Virus record (IMG/VR): IMGVR_UViG_3300044675_004257
Span: 1-64,000 of that record
Length of the DNA: 64,000 nt
Strand: one strand, 5' to 3'
DNA from: an uncultured virus (IMG/VR IMGVR_UViG_3300044675_004257)
Lineage: Duplodnaviria; Heunggongvirae; Uroviricota; Caudoviricetes
Below the pieces are notes generated by a model. The model was not told the DNA's origin. It was given only the letters and a program-made list of their open reading frames with translations, and ran no database searches. Position 1 is the first letter of the stretch. Each line of letters opens with the position of its first letter. Below, piece after piece: positions 1 through 9,993 of this stretch. The position numbers and the translations under genes were made by a program.

Positions 1-1
1 C

Positions 2-1753
2 AGTGAATTTCACAATTTAGAAGTTTCAAACAACGATAATTATGATGAAAGATTATTAAAGAAGATATCAAAATCTTTGCCTTACATGACAAAGATTGCA
101 TTGACGGAACCAGGAAAATTCTTAGATGTTAATTCTGAAAATGTAGAAGAGCAAATTGTAACAGAAAATGAAATACCTCTACCCGAGTCTGTAGATGCAT
201 CGTTTATAACCGAATGGGATAAAATTTCTAATGGTTCTAAAAAATTCATACTATCATATTATAAAAAATACAATCATTTTCCTTTGATTGAGTATGATAG
301 TAAACACCACCGAAATCACGCATCATTATCTTTTTATAATAGTGGTTTTGACAAAGCAATTATACTTGTTGCTGATGGTGCTGGTGAGGTAAATTTTGCA
401 ACAGCAGAAGATGGTAAATTTATTAATTATAAAGAGATTGAATCTTTATATGTTGGTGATTATCCCAGTTCAATAGAACCAATTTACAAAAACTTTGGAT
501 CGTATGAGGGACATAATTATACAAAAGAACTTGCAAGGTGGAAGAAAAACTATCCGTATTGTGAAGTTGTTTTTGGTAATTATATGGGTATAGGATTCTT
601 ATATGGCTGCGGTGCGATTCATATTAATGAAACAATGGAAGAAGCCGGCAAAGTGATGGGTTTATCTTCATACGGAAAAGCAACAAATAATAATTATATA
701 AAAAATAATTACTTTGTTAACACCGATTTATTTGATTGTGCAGCACATGATTTTTTACCGATATTTGCACCACCAAATGGATATCCTGAAAATTTCAAAT
801 ATAAACCAGTACACGAAAATACACCAACGCAAATAGGTGGTCCGGAAACAATAATTGCTTTGAAAGGTTTACCTTTACAAAAGATTATCACAAAAACAAA
901 TTATAAACCTTATGCTGATTTTGCAAAAGATATACAGTTACAGACGCAGCAGATTGCTGTGAATTTAATAAAAAAAGCAATAGATAAAACTGGTATAAAA
1001 AAGGTTTGTGTTTCTGGTGGGTATGGAATGAATATACTTTCAAATTCATACTATGTAAAACAATTTCCTGATGTTGAGTTTTATTTTGAACCATTGTCGA
1101 TTGATAGTGGAATTTCAATTGGTTGTGCAATGTATCATTATCACAAAGAAACTGGTGATTGCACTATTAGACCAGTTAAAAGTATTTCATTTCATGGATT
1201 CAAACATGATGTTACCTCATACAAAGGCACCGATGCATCAACAAAAGATATTGCAAAATTACTATATGATAACAAATCTGTTGCAGTATACACTGGTCTG
1301 GCTGAAGCTGGCCAACGTGCATTAGGCAATCGTTCAATTTTGTTTAATGCATTGAATGTGGATGCAAAAGATATTGTTAATAAAATCAAACGCAGAGAAT
1401 GGTATAGGCCATTTGCTGCTGTTGTTTTAGAAGAAGATGCTGAGTTGTATTTTGATATGGGTAGAACGAAGAAGAATTTGTTTATGACACAATCGTTTGA
1501 TGTTAAGACTGATTTGATTCCTGGCGTCACTCATGTGGATAACACATGTAGAGTGCAGACTGTATCTGAAGGATACTTGTATGACCTTTTGGTTGAATTT
1601 AAAAAACTTTCAGGTCACGGCATTCTTTTAAACACCAGTTTCAACCTTGCAGGTAAACCTTTGGTAGAAACACCAAAGCAAGCCATAGAAACTTTAAATA
1701 CTTCAGTATTAGATTATCTTTGGTTTGAGGAAACAGGACAATTAATTACCTAA
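2..1753 (+). CDS. Carbamoyltransferase (NodU/CmcH/TobZ family), 5'-truncated by window edge
   Basis: Frame open from nt 2. Motifs HHRNHA, DGAGE, AGKVMGLSSYG, GQRALGNRSIL, KRREWYRPFA, HVDNTCRVQTV and LLNTSFN. Confidence 0.9.
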   Translation, partial: SEFHNLEVSNNDNYDERLLKKISKSLPYMTKIALTEPGKFLDVNSENVEEQIVTENEIPLPESVDASFITEWDKISNGSKKFILSYYKKYNHFPLIEYDSKHHRNHASLSFYNSGFDKAIILVADGAGEVNFATAEDGKFINYKEIESLYVGDYPSSIEPIYKNFGSYEGHNYTKELARWKKNYPYCEVVFGNYMGIGFLYGCGAIHINETMEEAGKVMGLSSYGKATNNNYIKNNYFVNTDLFDCAAHDFLPIFAPPNGYPENFKYKPVHENTPTQIGGPETIIALKGLPLQKIITKTNYKPYADFAKDIQLQTQQIAVNLIKKAIDKTGIKKVCVSGGYGMNILSNSYYVKQFPDVEFYFEPLSIDSGISIGCAMYHYHKETGDCTIRPVKSISFHGFKHDVTSYKGTDASTKDIAKLLYDNKSVAVYTGLAEAGQRALGNRSILFNALNVDAKDIVNKIKRREWYRPFAAVVLEEDAELYFDMGRTKKNLFMTQSFDVKTDLIPGVTHVDNTCRVQTVSEGYLYDLLVEFKKLSGHGILLNTSFNLAGKPLVETPKQAIETLNTSVLDYLWFEETGQLIT

Positions 1754-1762
1754 AAAATATGC

Positions 1763-1791
1763 TTGACAAGACAATGTAAAGCCTATATAAT
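1763..1791 (+). promoter_or_regulatory. sigma70-type promoter for tRNA cluster
   Basis: TTGACA-17bp-TATAAT just upstream of the first tRNA. Confidence 0.85.
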
Positions 1792-1802
1792 ACACACATG
1801 AT

Positions 1803-1877
1803 GCGGGTATGGTGCTAGTGGTAACACAAGACCTTGCCAAGGTTTAGTTGAGGGTTCGATTCCCTCTACCCGCTCCA
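1803..1877 (+). tRNA. tRNA-Gly(GCC)
   Basis: Acceptor GCGGGTA/TACCCGC, anticodon loop TTGCCAA, T-loop TTCGATT, U73, encoded CCA. Confidence 0.95.
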
Positions 1878-1887
1878 GTATAGAATT

Positions 1888-1961
1888 GCAGGGTTAGTTT
1901 AATGGTAAAACTCCATCCTTCCAAGTTGGTGTCGTGGGTTCGATTCCCACACTCTGCTCCA
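1888..1961 (+). tRNA. tRNA-Gly(TCC)
   Basis: Acceptor GCAGGGT/ACTCTGC, anticodon loop CTTCCAA, T-loop TTCGATT, U73, CCA. Confidence 0.95.
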
Positions 1962-1967
1962 TTTAAT

Positions 1968-2034
1968 GCGGTTTGTAATAGTACGATATAAGGTACCCCC
2001 TTATGTTAACTGAGCAAAGCAGTAGACCGCTCCA
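1968..2034 (+). ncRNA. Non-canonical tRNA-Gly-like RNA (apparent anticodon ACC)
   Basis: 7-bp acceptor GCGGTTT/AGACCGC plus T-CCA. Mini D hairpin GTA-ATAG-TAC, arm ATAAG-GTACCCC-CTTAT, T-like arm ACTG-AGCAAAG-CAGT. No GG or TTC. Confidence 0.75.
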
Positions 2035-2047
2035 TTTTGAGGACACT

Positions 2048-2293
2048 ATGAATATTAAACCCTTGCATGATAAAGTATTGATTGAACGTATTGAGAATGT
2101 CAAAGAGACCGCTTCAGGCATCATCCTAAAACATTCCGAAGATCCAGATAAAGCAAGAGTACTTGCAGTTGGTCCGGATGTTACAGAAGTCCAGGTCGGT
2201 GATGTGGTTCAACCAGACTGGGGTAAGGCCGCAGCAGTGCAAGATTATTTCGTGGTGAAGATTGAAGACATAGCTTACATCTACGGAGAGTAA
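2048..2293 (+). CDS. groES: Co-chaperonin GroES/Cpn10
   Basis: MNIKPLHDKVLIE..ETASGIIL..VLAVGP..VQVGDVV. ATG 2048 follows a GAGG RBS. Confidence 0.9.
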   Translation: MNIKPLHDKVLIERIENVKETASGIILKHSEDPDKARVLAVGPDVTEVQVGDVVQPDWGKAAAVQDYFVVKIEDIAYIYGE

Positions 2294-2295
2294 AC

Positions 2296-2532
2296 ATGTC
2301 TGCTGGTGGTAAAGGTTCTAGTCCAAGGCCGTTTAGTGTTTCACAGGAAACATTTGGTAATAACTACGACAATATTTTTAGAAAAAAATCACTAAAAGAA
2401 TTAGAAGAAGATAAAATCGAACAAGAAGAATTTGATAGAATCTTAGAGGAAAATCTAGAACGTCAAAGACGGGAAAAGTCTTTAGATGCCATGGTGGCAG
2501 AAAATCAAAGATTAGGTTTATACGACAACTAA
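2296..2532 (+). CDS. Hypothetical phage protein
   Basis: ORF with GGAG RBS; GGKGSSPRP N-terminus. Confidence 0.7.
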   Translation: MSAGGKGSSPRPFSVSQETFGNNYDNIFRKKSLKELEEDKIEQEEFDRILEENLERQRREKSLDAMVAENQRLGLYDN

Positions 2533-2535
2533 TAC

Positions 2536-2608
2536 AGCGGGTTGGTGAAATGGTATCACAGTGGGCTCATAATCCTCAGTTCCGGTTCGACTCCGTGACC
2601 CGCAACCA
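2536..2608 (+). tRNA. tRNA-Met(CAT), probably initiator type
   Basis: Loop CTCATAA, GGG in anticodon stem, 1:72 mismatch, TTCGACT T-loop, ACCA end. Confidence 0.85.
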
Positions 2609-3382
2609 TTAATCCTTATACACTTCATATATAAATTCCGCTTCAGGAATTCTTGTCTTTGTATTCTTACTACCCAATACAACAACCACTCTATCACCTT
2701 CACTTGTGTCTAATAGAATCGTGATACATCCACCAGATTCATTTATAAAACCAGTCTTACTGACTATTATATTTTGATAGTGTCCTATCATTGGGTTTGT
2801 GTTACGAAAAACAAACCATTTCTTCTTTACTTTTATTTTTATTTCTAACTTGCGGCTAGCATAAACTATATTGCTGTATTCTGCCGCAGCTTTTGTCAAC
2901 GTCACCAATTCTCTTGCGGTGCTAACATTTCTTTCGTCTAATCCTGTTGGTTCATAAACAATGGATTTTTCCATTTGTAATTTTTTCAACTTATCATTCA
3001 TAGCCTTGACACAGGCCGGCATACCACCAGGATAATGTTCACATAGTGTATATGCGGCTCTATTACTACTGTGTATCATGGTCATAGAAACCAAATTTGC
3101 TCGACTGACAACTTGGTTTTTTACTGGTAATCTATCTTTTATTTTTGTAGTCATTGTCAACATCTGGCTCATGTTAGGATTCGTATCCATCACAACCATG
3201 ACAGTTAACAATTTTGTTATACTGGCAATAGGCCTAATCTTATCATAATCTTTACCACCTAATATAGTGCCATTTAAATCCGACACAATCCAGGATTTGG
3301 CTGTGAAGAATTCTGCTTTGACTGGTGATTGACCAAGAAGTATGGTGAAAAATAACAGAGTAATAAAAATTCTATATAACAA
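2609..3382 (-). CDS. Serine D-Ala-D-Ala peptidase (S11, PBP7/PbpG-like), secreted
   Basis: Signal peptide; SxxK (SITK), SxN (SSN) and KTG motifs; PTGL and STAREL segments. Confidence 0.88.
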   Translation of the reverse strand: MLYRIFITLLFFTILLGQSPVKAEFFTAKSWIVSDLNGTILGGKDYDKIRPIASITKLLTVMVVMDTNPNMSQMLTMTTKIKDRLPVKNQVVSRANLVSMTMIHSSNRAAYTLCEHYPGGMPACVKAMNDKLKKLQMEKSIVYEPTGLDERNVSTARELVTLTKAAAEYSNIVYASRKLEIKIKVKKKWFVFRNTNPMIGHYQNIIVSKTGFINESGGCITILLDTSEGDRVVVVLGSKNTKTRIPEAEFIYEVYKD

Positions 3383-3407
3383 TCGAAGGCTCCATATGGA
3401 TTAAATA

Positions 3408-3689
3408 TCATGGTGCAGGTACTCTAGACTTACAAGCCCTAGCATTGTTTATAGAAGTTGTATGCACAAGTTTACTTCCTCTTTTTTGATTATTACATTT
3501 ATATTCACAAACTTGTATTCCTTTTGGATCCGTAAAACTTCTTTCCAAATTACAATAAGCACCAGTATCTTCTGAAATGCTTTTTGTATATATGACAGCA
3601 TCCGGCATCAAGTTTATATTGATGGTTGGATGTGTAATCATAAGTGTTGCACTAGTGGTTAATAAAGTGAATAAGAGTTTATTTTTCAT
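3408..3689 (-). CDS. Small secreted Cys-containing hypothetical protein
   Basis: Hydrophobic N-terminus, 4 Cys, overlaps the upstream ORF stop. Confidence 0.6.
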   Translation of the reverse strand: MKNKLLFTLLTTSATLMITHPTININLMPDAVIYTKSISEDTGAYCNLERSFTDPKGIQVCEYKCNNQKRGSKLVHTTSINNARACKSRVPAP

Positions 3690-4462
3690 CTTCCTACGTA
3701 TACCTTTGGTAGTTCTTCTAATTTACGTTGATATTCAGATTTGGGAATTAATCCGTCACCATATTGTGGATACTTCTGTTGTCTATCATATGCTACCCAC
3801 ATAAACAAACCAGCCACAACAAAAATTATAATCATAACAGCAACGCCTGTAGCAAATTCATCTCTAATTTTTCTCATTCGTGCGGCACGGCGTTTTTCTA
3901 GTATTGCTTCTTGTTTCATTTGTTTGATGAGAAGAACCTTTTGTTCTTTACCCATCTCTTTCATCATTTCTTCTACTTCGGTATATAAAGCACCGAGCTC
4001 TGGAGGACTTTGATAAATCATCAACTCACGCAAATCAACTGACATTTGTTCTAACTGTTTACGCATAAGCACACGTTGTAAGGCACGTTTACCTAATGAT
4101 GCATCTCCGGTATAAACTTGTGTCTTAGCATTTTTTTCTTCTTCTTCAAAAACAGCCATACACTTATAGAAGTTATCATAGTATGTGCCTAGGTGTTCAC
4201 CAATCTCTTGATAGATATTGGTAGTTTCTCCACCCTTTTTGTTTAGTTCAATTACACGATTTTTTTCCGCAACGTAAGCATTTCTTTGTGATACACTTGC
4301 AGGTTTTTCTGGTGGATGAAGCTTTTTGAACTGGTCGTCAAGATCCTTGAGGACGTCTTTGACTTCCCCAGCTGCACCTTTAATATCTTTGTATAGTTTA
4401 CATCCGGCTTTGACTGCCGAAACCGCACCATTTGCGAGGGCAAAGAGTGTGAATGGATCCAT
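3686..4462 (-). CDS. Coiled-coil membrane protein, hypothetical
   Basis: 258-aa ORF with C-terminal TM segment. Confidence 0.7.
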   Translation of the reverse strand: MDPFTLFALANGAVSAVKAGCKLYKDIKGAAGEVKDVLKDLDDQFKKLHPPEKPASVSQRNAYVAEKNRVIELNKKGGETTNIYQEIGEHLGTYYDNFYKCMAVFEEEEKNAKTQVYTGDASLGKRALQRVLMRKQLEQMSVDLRELMIYQSPPELGALYTEVEEMMKEMGKEQKVLLIKQMKQEAILEKRRAARMRKIRDEFATGVAVMIIIFVVAGLFMWVAYDRQQKYPQYGDGLIPKSEYQRKLEELPKVYVGR

Positions 4463-4485
4463 TTCTTTTTATACCATTTTTTTAC

Positions 4486-4514
4486 TTGACATTATAACAA
4501 AAAAATGATATAAT
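4486..4514 (+). promoter_or_regulatory. sigma70-type promoter for replication operon
   Basis: TTGACA-17bp-TATAAT. Confidence 0.8.
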
Positions 4515-4558
4515 CTACGTTCAGGTCACACTATATAATTATTTAGGATAGGATTAAC

Positions 4559-4870
4559 ATGAAAATATATGCAATGAAATTAGTAACTGGTGAAGAACTT
4601 ATTGGTGAAGTTGAAACGGAGAATGAAAATGAAATGGTGATTAAGAATCCATTAGGAATTGCCATTGTACGTGGTAAAGATGGTCAACCTAACGTAGGTT
4701 TTGCGCCATTTCCAATCCATGCAGAACAAAAATCAGACTCTACTATTGCCTTAAAGCGTGAACATATTGTATACTACTACGTTCCAGCAGAAGATTTTGT
4801 CAAAAACTATGACCAAATTTTCGGCACAGGCATTATTCTTCCAGGTCAACAACAAATCATTACAGGTTAA
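4559..4870 (+). CDS. Conserved T4-like small protein (Sm-like fold suspected)
   Basis: KLVTGEELIG motif; coupled to the polymerase start. Confidence 0.65.
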   Translation: MKIYAMKLVTGEELIGEVETENENEMVIKNPLGIAIVRGKDGQPNVGFAPFPIHAEQKSDSTIALKREHIVYYYVPAEDFVKNYDQIFGTGIILPGQQQIITG

Positions 4871-7425
4871 TGACAACTTTTTATACAAACGTACAGGCAC
4901 TTGGCGGCAAGATTCTTTATCGTGGCGTCAAAGATGGTAAAAGAATCAAACTGAAGATTGATTATGAACCACAATTGTATCTTCCAGCCCGTAACGGTAA
5001 AGGTACCCATAAATCACTTGATGGCCTAGACCTTGTGCCAAAACGATTTGATGGCATTCGTGAAGCCAGAGAATATGTGAAACAATATGATGGTCTTCCA
5101 GGTGCTCCAAAAATCTATGGTAACACAGGATATCAATACGCTTTCATTGCAGAACAACATTCTGAAATGGTTGATTGGGAACAAGATAAAGTAAGTGTTG
5201 CAATTATCGACATTGAGGTCGGTTCGGAAAATGGTTTTCCTGATCCATACCTTGCAAACGAACCTATCACCGCAATTGCAACGACCTTTCTGAATGGTCA
5301 CACTTATGTGTTTGGTTGTGGTGATTTTCGTAATGATGATCCCGACAATATAACCTATCTGAAGTGTAAAGATGAATACACTCTTTGCAGTAAATTCATT
5401 GAGTTTTGGTCCAGAATGTATCCAGATGTTATCACTGGCTGGAACACCAAGTTCTTTGATATACCATATCTTGTCAATCGTTTCCGCAAGATTCTTGGTG
5501 AAGATAAAACCAAGATGTTATCTCCATGGAATTATATCAGCGAACGTAAAACCAATATCAATGGTCGTTTGTTGATTGCATATAGTTTTGTTGGTATCGA
5601 ATCACTTGATTATATTGAGTTATACAAATGGTATGCGCCAGGTGGTAAGTCACAAGAATCCTATCGACTAGATAATATCGCACAAGTGGAACTTGGCGAA
5701 GGCAAGATTTCATATGATGAATATGAGAACTTACACCAACTGTATAGACTGAACTATCAAAAGTTTATCGAATACAACATTAAAGACGTTGCGTTGATTA
5801 TTAAACTAGAAGACAAGTTGAAGTTGATTGAGTTGGCCTTAACTCTTGCGTATGATACCAAGTGTAACTATGAAGATGTATTTGCACAGACACGTATGTG
5901 GGATTCACTGACGTATTCTTATTTGTTAGGCAAAGGCATCATTGTTCCACCAAAAGAAACACAAGAGAAAGATTCTGCGTTTGAAGGTGCATACGTTAAA
6001 GAACCACAAATTGGATTACACAATTGGGTTGCATCGTTTGACTTGAACAGTTTGTATCCACACTTGATGATGCAGTACAACATTTCACCTGAAACGTTAA
6101 TTGAACCAGAAAACTATACTGATGAAATGCGTGGCGTTCTTTCACAAGGTGTTACTGTTGATAAAATGTTAATGAAACAAATCGACACTTCGGAACTGGT
6201 TGATGTTACAATCACACCAAACGGTCAATTCTTCCGTACCGACATTCAAGGTTTCTTACCTAAGATGATGGTCGAAATGTATGATGACCGCAAGAAATTT
6301 AAAAAGATGATGTTGCAAGCGCAACAGGAGTATGAGAATGAAAAAGATGAACGAAAAAAATATGAAATCGACAAACGAGTTGCCAGATACAACAACCTTC
6401 AACTCGCAAAGAAAGTATCCCTTAACTCTGCCTACGGTGCTTTGGGAAGTCAGTATTTTAGGTTTTATGACCTACGCATGGCTTTGGGAGTCACTACGGC
6501 AGGCCAGCTTTCCATCAAATGGATTGAAGCGAAAATAAACCAATACATGAATAAACTTCTTGGTACAGATAACGATTATGTAATCGCTTCTGATACTGAT
6601 TCTATTTACCTGCGCCTCGGTGATTTGGTAAATAAAGTTTATGGTGTTGATGGTGTGGTTAAAATGCCTGCACAAAAGATTATTGAATTTATGGATCGTG
6701 TTTGTGAAGATAAACTACAACCACATATTGATAAGTCTTACCAAGAGTTGGCTGATTATGTTCATGCATATGCACAAAAGATGCAGATGAAGCGTGAGGG
6801 TCTTTCTGACAAAGGTGTATGGACTGCCAAGAAACGTTATATTCTAAATGTATATAACAATGAAGGTGTGCAGTATGCTGAACCACATATGAAAGTGATG
6901 GGCTTGGAAATGATTAAATCATCCACACCATCTGCTATTCGTGAGAAGATGAAAGCTGCCATCAAGTTGATGATGACTGGTACTGAACAACAAGTACAAG
7001 ACTTTATTGCTGAGTTTAAGAAAGAGTTTAAAACATTACCAGCGGAAGAAATATCTTTTCCTCGGGGTTTGAATGGGCTAAATACTTATTCCGATCCAGT
7101 AATGTTGTTCAAAAAAGGCACACCCATTCATGTTCGTGGTGCAATCGTATATAACCACCATCTAAAACAATTGGGATTGACTAAGAAGTACCCACTCATA
7201 CAAGAAGGTGAAAAACTCAAATTTACCTATTTGAGAATGCCAAATCATTTTAAGAATGATGTGATTTCTTTTCCAGGTAGAATACCTAAAGAGTTTGAGC
7301 TTGACAACTACATTGATTATGATGTACAATTCGACAAAGCATTTCTGGAACCAATCAGTGTTATTTTAAGATGCATGAAGTGGTCTGCGGAAAAAAATAA
7401 TTCTTTAGAGGACTTTTTCAGATGA
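4870..7425 (+). CDS. 43: DNA polymerase family B (T4 gp43-like)
   Basis: Exonuclease DIEV, SFDLNSLYP, KVSLNSAYG, ASDTDS and KKRY motifs; C-terminal clamp-binding SLEDFF. Confidence 0.98.
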   Translation: MTTFYTNVQALGGKILYRGVKDGKRIKLKIDYEPQLYLPARNGKGTHKSLDGLDLVPKRFDGIREAREYVKQYDGLPGAPKIYGNTGYQYAFIAEQHSEMVDWEQDKVSVAIIDIEVGSENGFPDPYLANEPITAIATTFLNGHTYVFGCGDFRNDDPDNITYLKCKDEYTLCSKFIEFWSRMYPDVITGWNTKFFDIPYLVNRFRKILGEDKTKMLSPWNYISERKTNINGRLLIAYSFVGIESLDYIELYKWYAPGGKSQESYRLDNIAQVELGEGKISYDEYENLHQLYRLNYQKFIEYNIKDVALIIKLEDKLKLIELALTLAYDTKCNYEDVFAQTRMWDSLTYSYLLGKGIIVPPKETQEKDSAFEGAYVKEPQIGLHNWVASFDLNSLYPHLMMQYNISPETLIEPENYTDEMRGVLSQGVTVDKMLMKQIDTSELVDVTITPNGQFFRTDIQGFLPKMMVEMYDDRKKFKKMMLQAQQEYENEKDERKKYEIDKRVARYNNLQLAKKVSLNSAYGALGSQYFRFYDLRMALGVTTAGQLSIKWIEAKINQYMNKLLGTDNDYVIASDTDSIYLRLGDLVNKVYGVDGVVKMPAQKIIEFMDRVCEDKLQPHIDKSYQELADYVHAYAQKMQMKREGLSDKGVWTAKKRYILNVYNNEGVQYAEPHMKVMGLEMIKSSTPSAIREKMKAAIKLMMTGTEQQVQDFIAEFKKEFKTLPAEEISFPRGLNGLNTYSDPVMLFKKGTPIHVRGAIVYNHHLKQLGLTKKYPLIQEGEKLKFTYLRMPNHFKNDVISFPGRIPKEFELDNYIDYDVQFDKAFLEPISVILRCMKWSAEKNNSLEDFFR

Positions 7426-8591
7426 TATTCTTAACGTTACTAACAGCAATAGCATTATCTGCCGTTGCTGGTTATTATTCTGTTATTGGTTTAGCGGAAA
7501 TCTTTCCAGGTTCTTTCTGGCCAGTTATCATTATGGGTTCAACACTTGAAGTGGCTAAACTTGTAACTGTATCTTGGTTGTATAGAAACTGGAGAGAATG
7601 TCCTATACTAATTAAATCATATCTGTCAATTGCTGTAACTATTTTAATGTTGATTACATCCATGGGTATCTTTGGTTTCTTATCAAAGGCACACCTAGAA
7701 CATTCAGCAGATAATGCACCACTTGTGGATAAAATTGCATTACTGGATGAAAAGATTAAAACGGAGAAAGAGAATGTCGAGGCAAACCGTAAGATTATTA
7801 AACAGTATGATGAGGTTGTGGACCAGACGATGGGTCGCTCAACAGATGAAAAGGGTGCCGACAAAGCGCAAGCAATACGCCGTTCCCAACAGAAAGATAG
7901 GATTAGAGTACTTCAAGAAATCCAACAGTCGCAAGCCACCATTGCCAAATACTCTGAGGAACGTGCGCCTCTATCTACAGAGCTTAAAAAGATTGAAGCG
8001 GATATCGGGCCAATCAAATACATTGCAGCCTTGGCGTATGATTCAGAGGCTGATGGTGACATTATTGACAAAGCGGTAAGACTTGTCATTCTATTGATTA
8101 TTGTAGTCTTTGATCCTTTGGCAATTCTGTTGTTGATTGCATATAACATGTCTATGAAAGAAAAAGACGATGTTGAAGACTTTTTTAAACGTGTTAAAGA
8201 AACCACAAAAAAATTGGATAAAGATGCCAAACAAGTTGATGATGTAACGCCTGAAGTTGTACACGTTGAAGAACCAGTTGATCCTTATGCATACCTGAAA
8301 CAACCATTCAAACACTTTGAGAATTTGAAACCGATGGTTGCAAAAAGAGAAGATACTGTAGAAGTTAAAAAAGATAATATGATTGTGATTGATGATATAA
8401 CTGGTGAAACCATACCGCCAATTACACATGAAAAGGTAACAATTGAAACTCACAACACACGAAATTCTGTTATGTATGAAGAACATCATGTACCAGTAGA
8501 AGAACCTGTGAAAAAATTGGAACCTAAGTATGATTATGATGAACCGTATTCTTTTAAGGAAAAAGAAGTTCGTGATGCTGGTAAATTTTAA
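7422..8591 (+). CDS. Membrane protein with coiled coil (conserved in T4-like environmental phages)
   Basis: N-terminal TMs, SMGIFGFLSKAH, IGPIKYIA and IIVVFDPLAILLL motifs. Confidence 0.75.
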   Translation: MIFLTLLTAIALSAVAGYYSVIGLAEIFPGSFWPVIIMGSTLEVAKLVTVSWLYRNWRECPILIKSYLSIAVTILMLITSMGIFGFLSKAHLEHSADNAPLVDKIALLDEKIKTEKENVEANRKIIKQYDEVVDQTMGRSTDEKGADKAQAIRRSQQKDRIRVLQEIQQSQATIAKYSEERAPLSTELKKIEADIGPIKYIAALAYDSEADGDIIDKAVRLVILLIIVVFDPLAILLLIAYNMSMKEKDDVEDFFKRVKETTKKLDKDAKQVDDVTPEVVHVEEPVDPYAYLKQPFKHFENLKPMVAKREDTVEVKKDNMIVIDDITGETIPPITHEKVTIETHNTRNSVMYEEHHVPVEEPVKKLEPKYDYDEPYSFKEKEVRDAGKF

Positions 8592-8602
8592 AGGATGAAA
8601 CA

Positions 8603-9670
8603 ATGAGTATATTAGACAAAATTAAAAAAAATAGCAGTATTAAAGATTCTGCTATCTTAGCTAAATCAAAATTCTTTAATGCTAAAGATATGATTCCAAC
8701 AGCAGTGCCAATTATTAACGTGGCACTTTCTGGTAAGTTAGATGGTGGTCTGACACCAGGTCTTACAATGTGGGCGGGTCCATCCAAACACTTTAAGACA
8801 GCGTTCAGTTTGTTGATGGCCAAGTCTTACTTGGACAAATATCCTGATGCAGCGTTACTGTTCTACGATTCAGAGTTTGGTACTCCACAGTCTTATTTTG
8901 ATAGTTTTGGTATTGACACTGAGCGGGTACTTCACACTCCTCTTACAGACATTGAACAACTCAAGTTCGATATAATGGCACAGTTGACACAATTAGAACG
9001 TGGTGATAAATTGATTATCGTCATTGATTCAATTGGTAACTTAGCATCTAAGAAAGAAGTTGAAGATGCTTTGGCGGAGAAATCAGTTGCTGATATGTCC
9101 CGAGCCAAACAAGTCAAGTCTTTGTTCCGTATGGTGACACCTCACCTATCATTGAAAGACATTCCAATGGTTGTTGTAAATCACACCTACATGGAAATTG
9201 GTATGTTCCCTAAAGCTATCGTTGGTGGTGGTACGGGTTCATATTACTCGGCTGACAATATTTTTATTATTGGCCGTCAACAAGAAAAAGATGGTACAGA
9301 AATTACCGGTTACAATTTTATTATTAACGTGGAAAAATCTAGATATGTCAAAGAAAAATCTAAAATACCTGTCAGCGTATCTTTTGACGGTGGCATTAGC
9401 ACTTGGTCTGGTTTACTTGACCTTGCTATTGAGTCCAAACATGTGGTTAAACCAAAGAATGGTTGGTATCAACGTGTTGACTCAGATGGTGTGATTGAAG
9501 AAAAAAATTACCGTGAGAAGGACACCGACTCCAAAGACTTTTGGATGCCTATTCTGAAACAGAAATCTTTTCGTGATTTCATTGAGAACAAGTACCGTGT
9601 GGCATCCGGAGAAATTATGACAAGCAACATTGATGAAACATTTGATGTTGCAACCATGAATGGTGTATAA
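8603..9670 (+). CDS. uvsX: UvsX RecA-like recombinase
   Basis: AGPSKHFKT, YDSEFG and DSIGNLASKKE motifs. Confidence 0.96.
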   Translation: MSILDKIKKNSSIKDSAILAKSKFFNAKDMIPTAVPIINVALSGKLDGGLTPGLTMWAGPSKHFKTAFSLLMAKSYLDKYPDAALLFYDSEFGTPQSYFDSFGIDTERVLHTPLTDIEQLKFDIMAQLTQLERGDKLIIVIDSIGNLASKKEVEDALAEKSVADMSRAKQVKSLFRMVTPHLSLKDIPMVVVNHTYMEIGMFPKAIVGGGTGSYYSADNIFIIGRQQEKDGTEITGYNFIINVEKSRYVKEKSKIPVSVSFDGGISTWSGLLDLAIESKHVVKPKNGWYQRVDSDGVIEEKNYREKDTDSKDFWMPILKQKSFRDFIENKYRVASGEIMTSNIDETFDVATMNGV

Positions 9671-9993
9671 TGATTGAGGGAATAGATTACTGCTACATCT
9701 ATCCAAAGGATGACAAAACAGCAGTCAACATTAAATTTTTGGAAGGTCCTTATAAAGATACCATATTTAAATATGGTAAAGTTAAATTTAAGGAAGAAAG
9801 TGAACAGGTCTATTTACTTTTTGCTTACGATGTGTTACAATCACCAGTAAAGACACCAGCCAAGCTGGAAAAAGATGATGACTTTAAAAACTACATTGGT
9901 GACTTATTGGTGGAAATAATGTCATCTAACATGGAACAGGAAGTAATTGATGAAACTGGAACAGACGATTCTAAAGAATCTAATTTACAATGA
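9670..9993 (+). CDS. Hypothetical protein in gp40 position
   Basis: Sits between uvsX and gene 41; identity by synteny only. Confidence 0.55.
   Translation: MIEGIDYCYIYPKDDKTAVNIKFLEGPYKDTIFKYGKVKFKEESEQVYLLFAYDVLQSPVKTPAKLEKDDDFKNYIGDLLVEIMSSNMEQEVIDETGTDDSKESNLQ

Noticed and set aside
77..1753. TTG at 77 as start of the carbamoyltransferase
   Set aside because: The frame is open back to nt 2 and the N-terminal family motifs are missing, so the gene begins upstream of the window.
2003..2047. N-terminal extension of GroES in the ORF track
   Set aside because: It overlaps the tRNA-like element; the RBS and family N-terminus fit ATG 2048.
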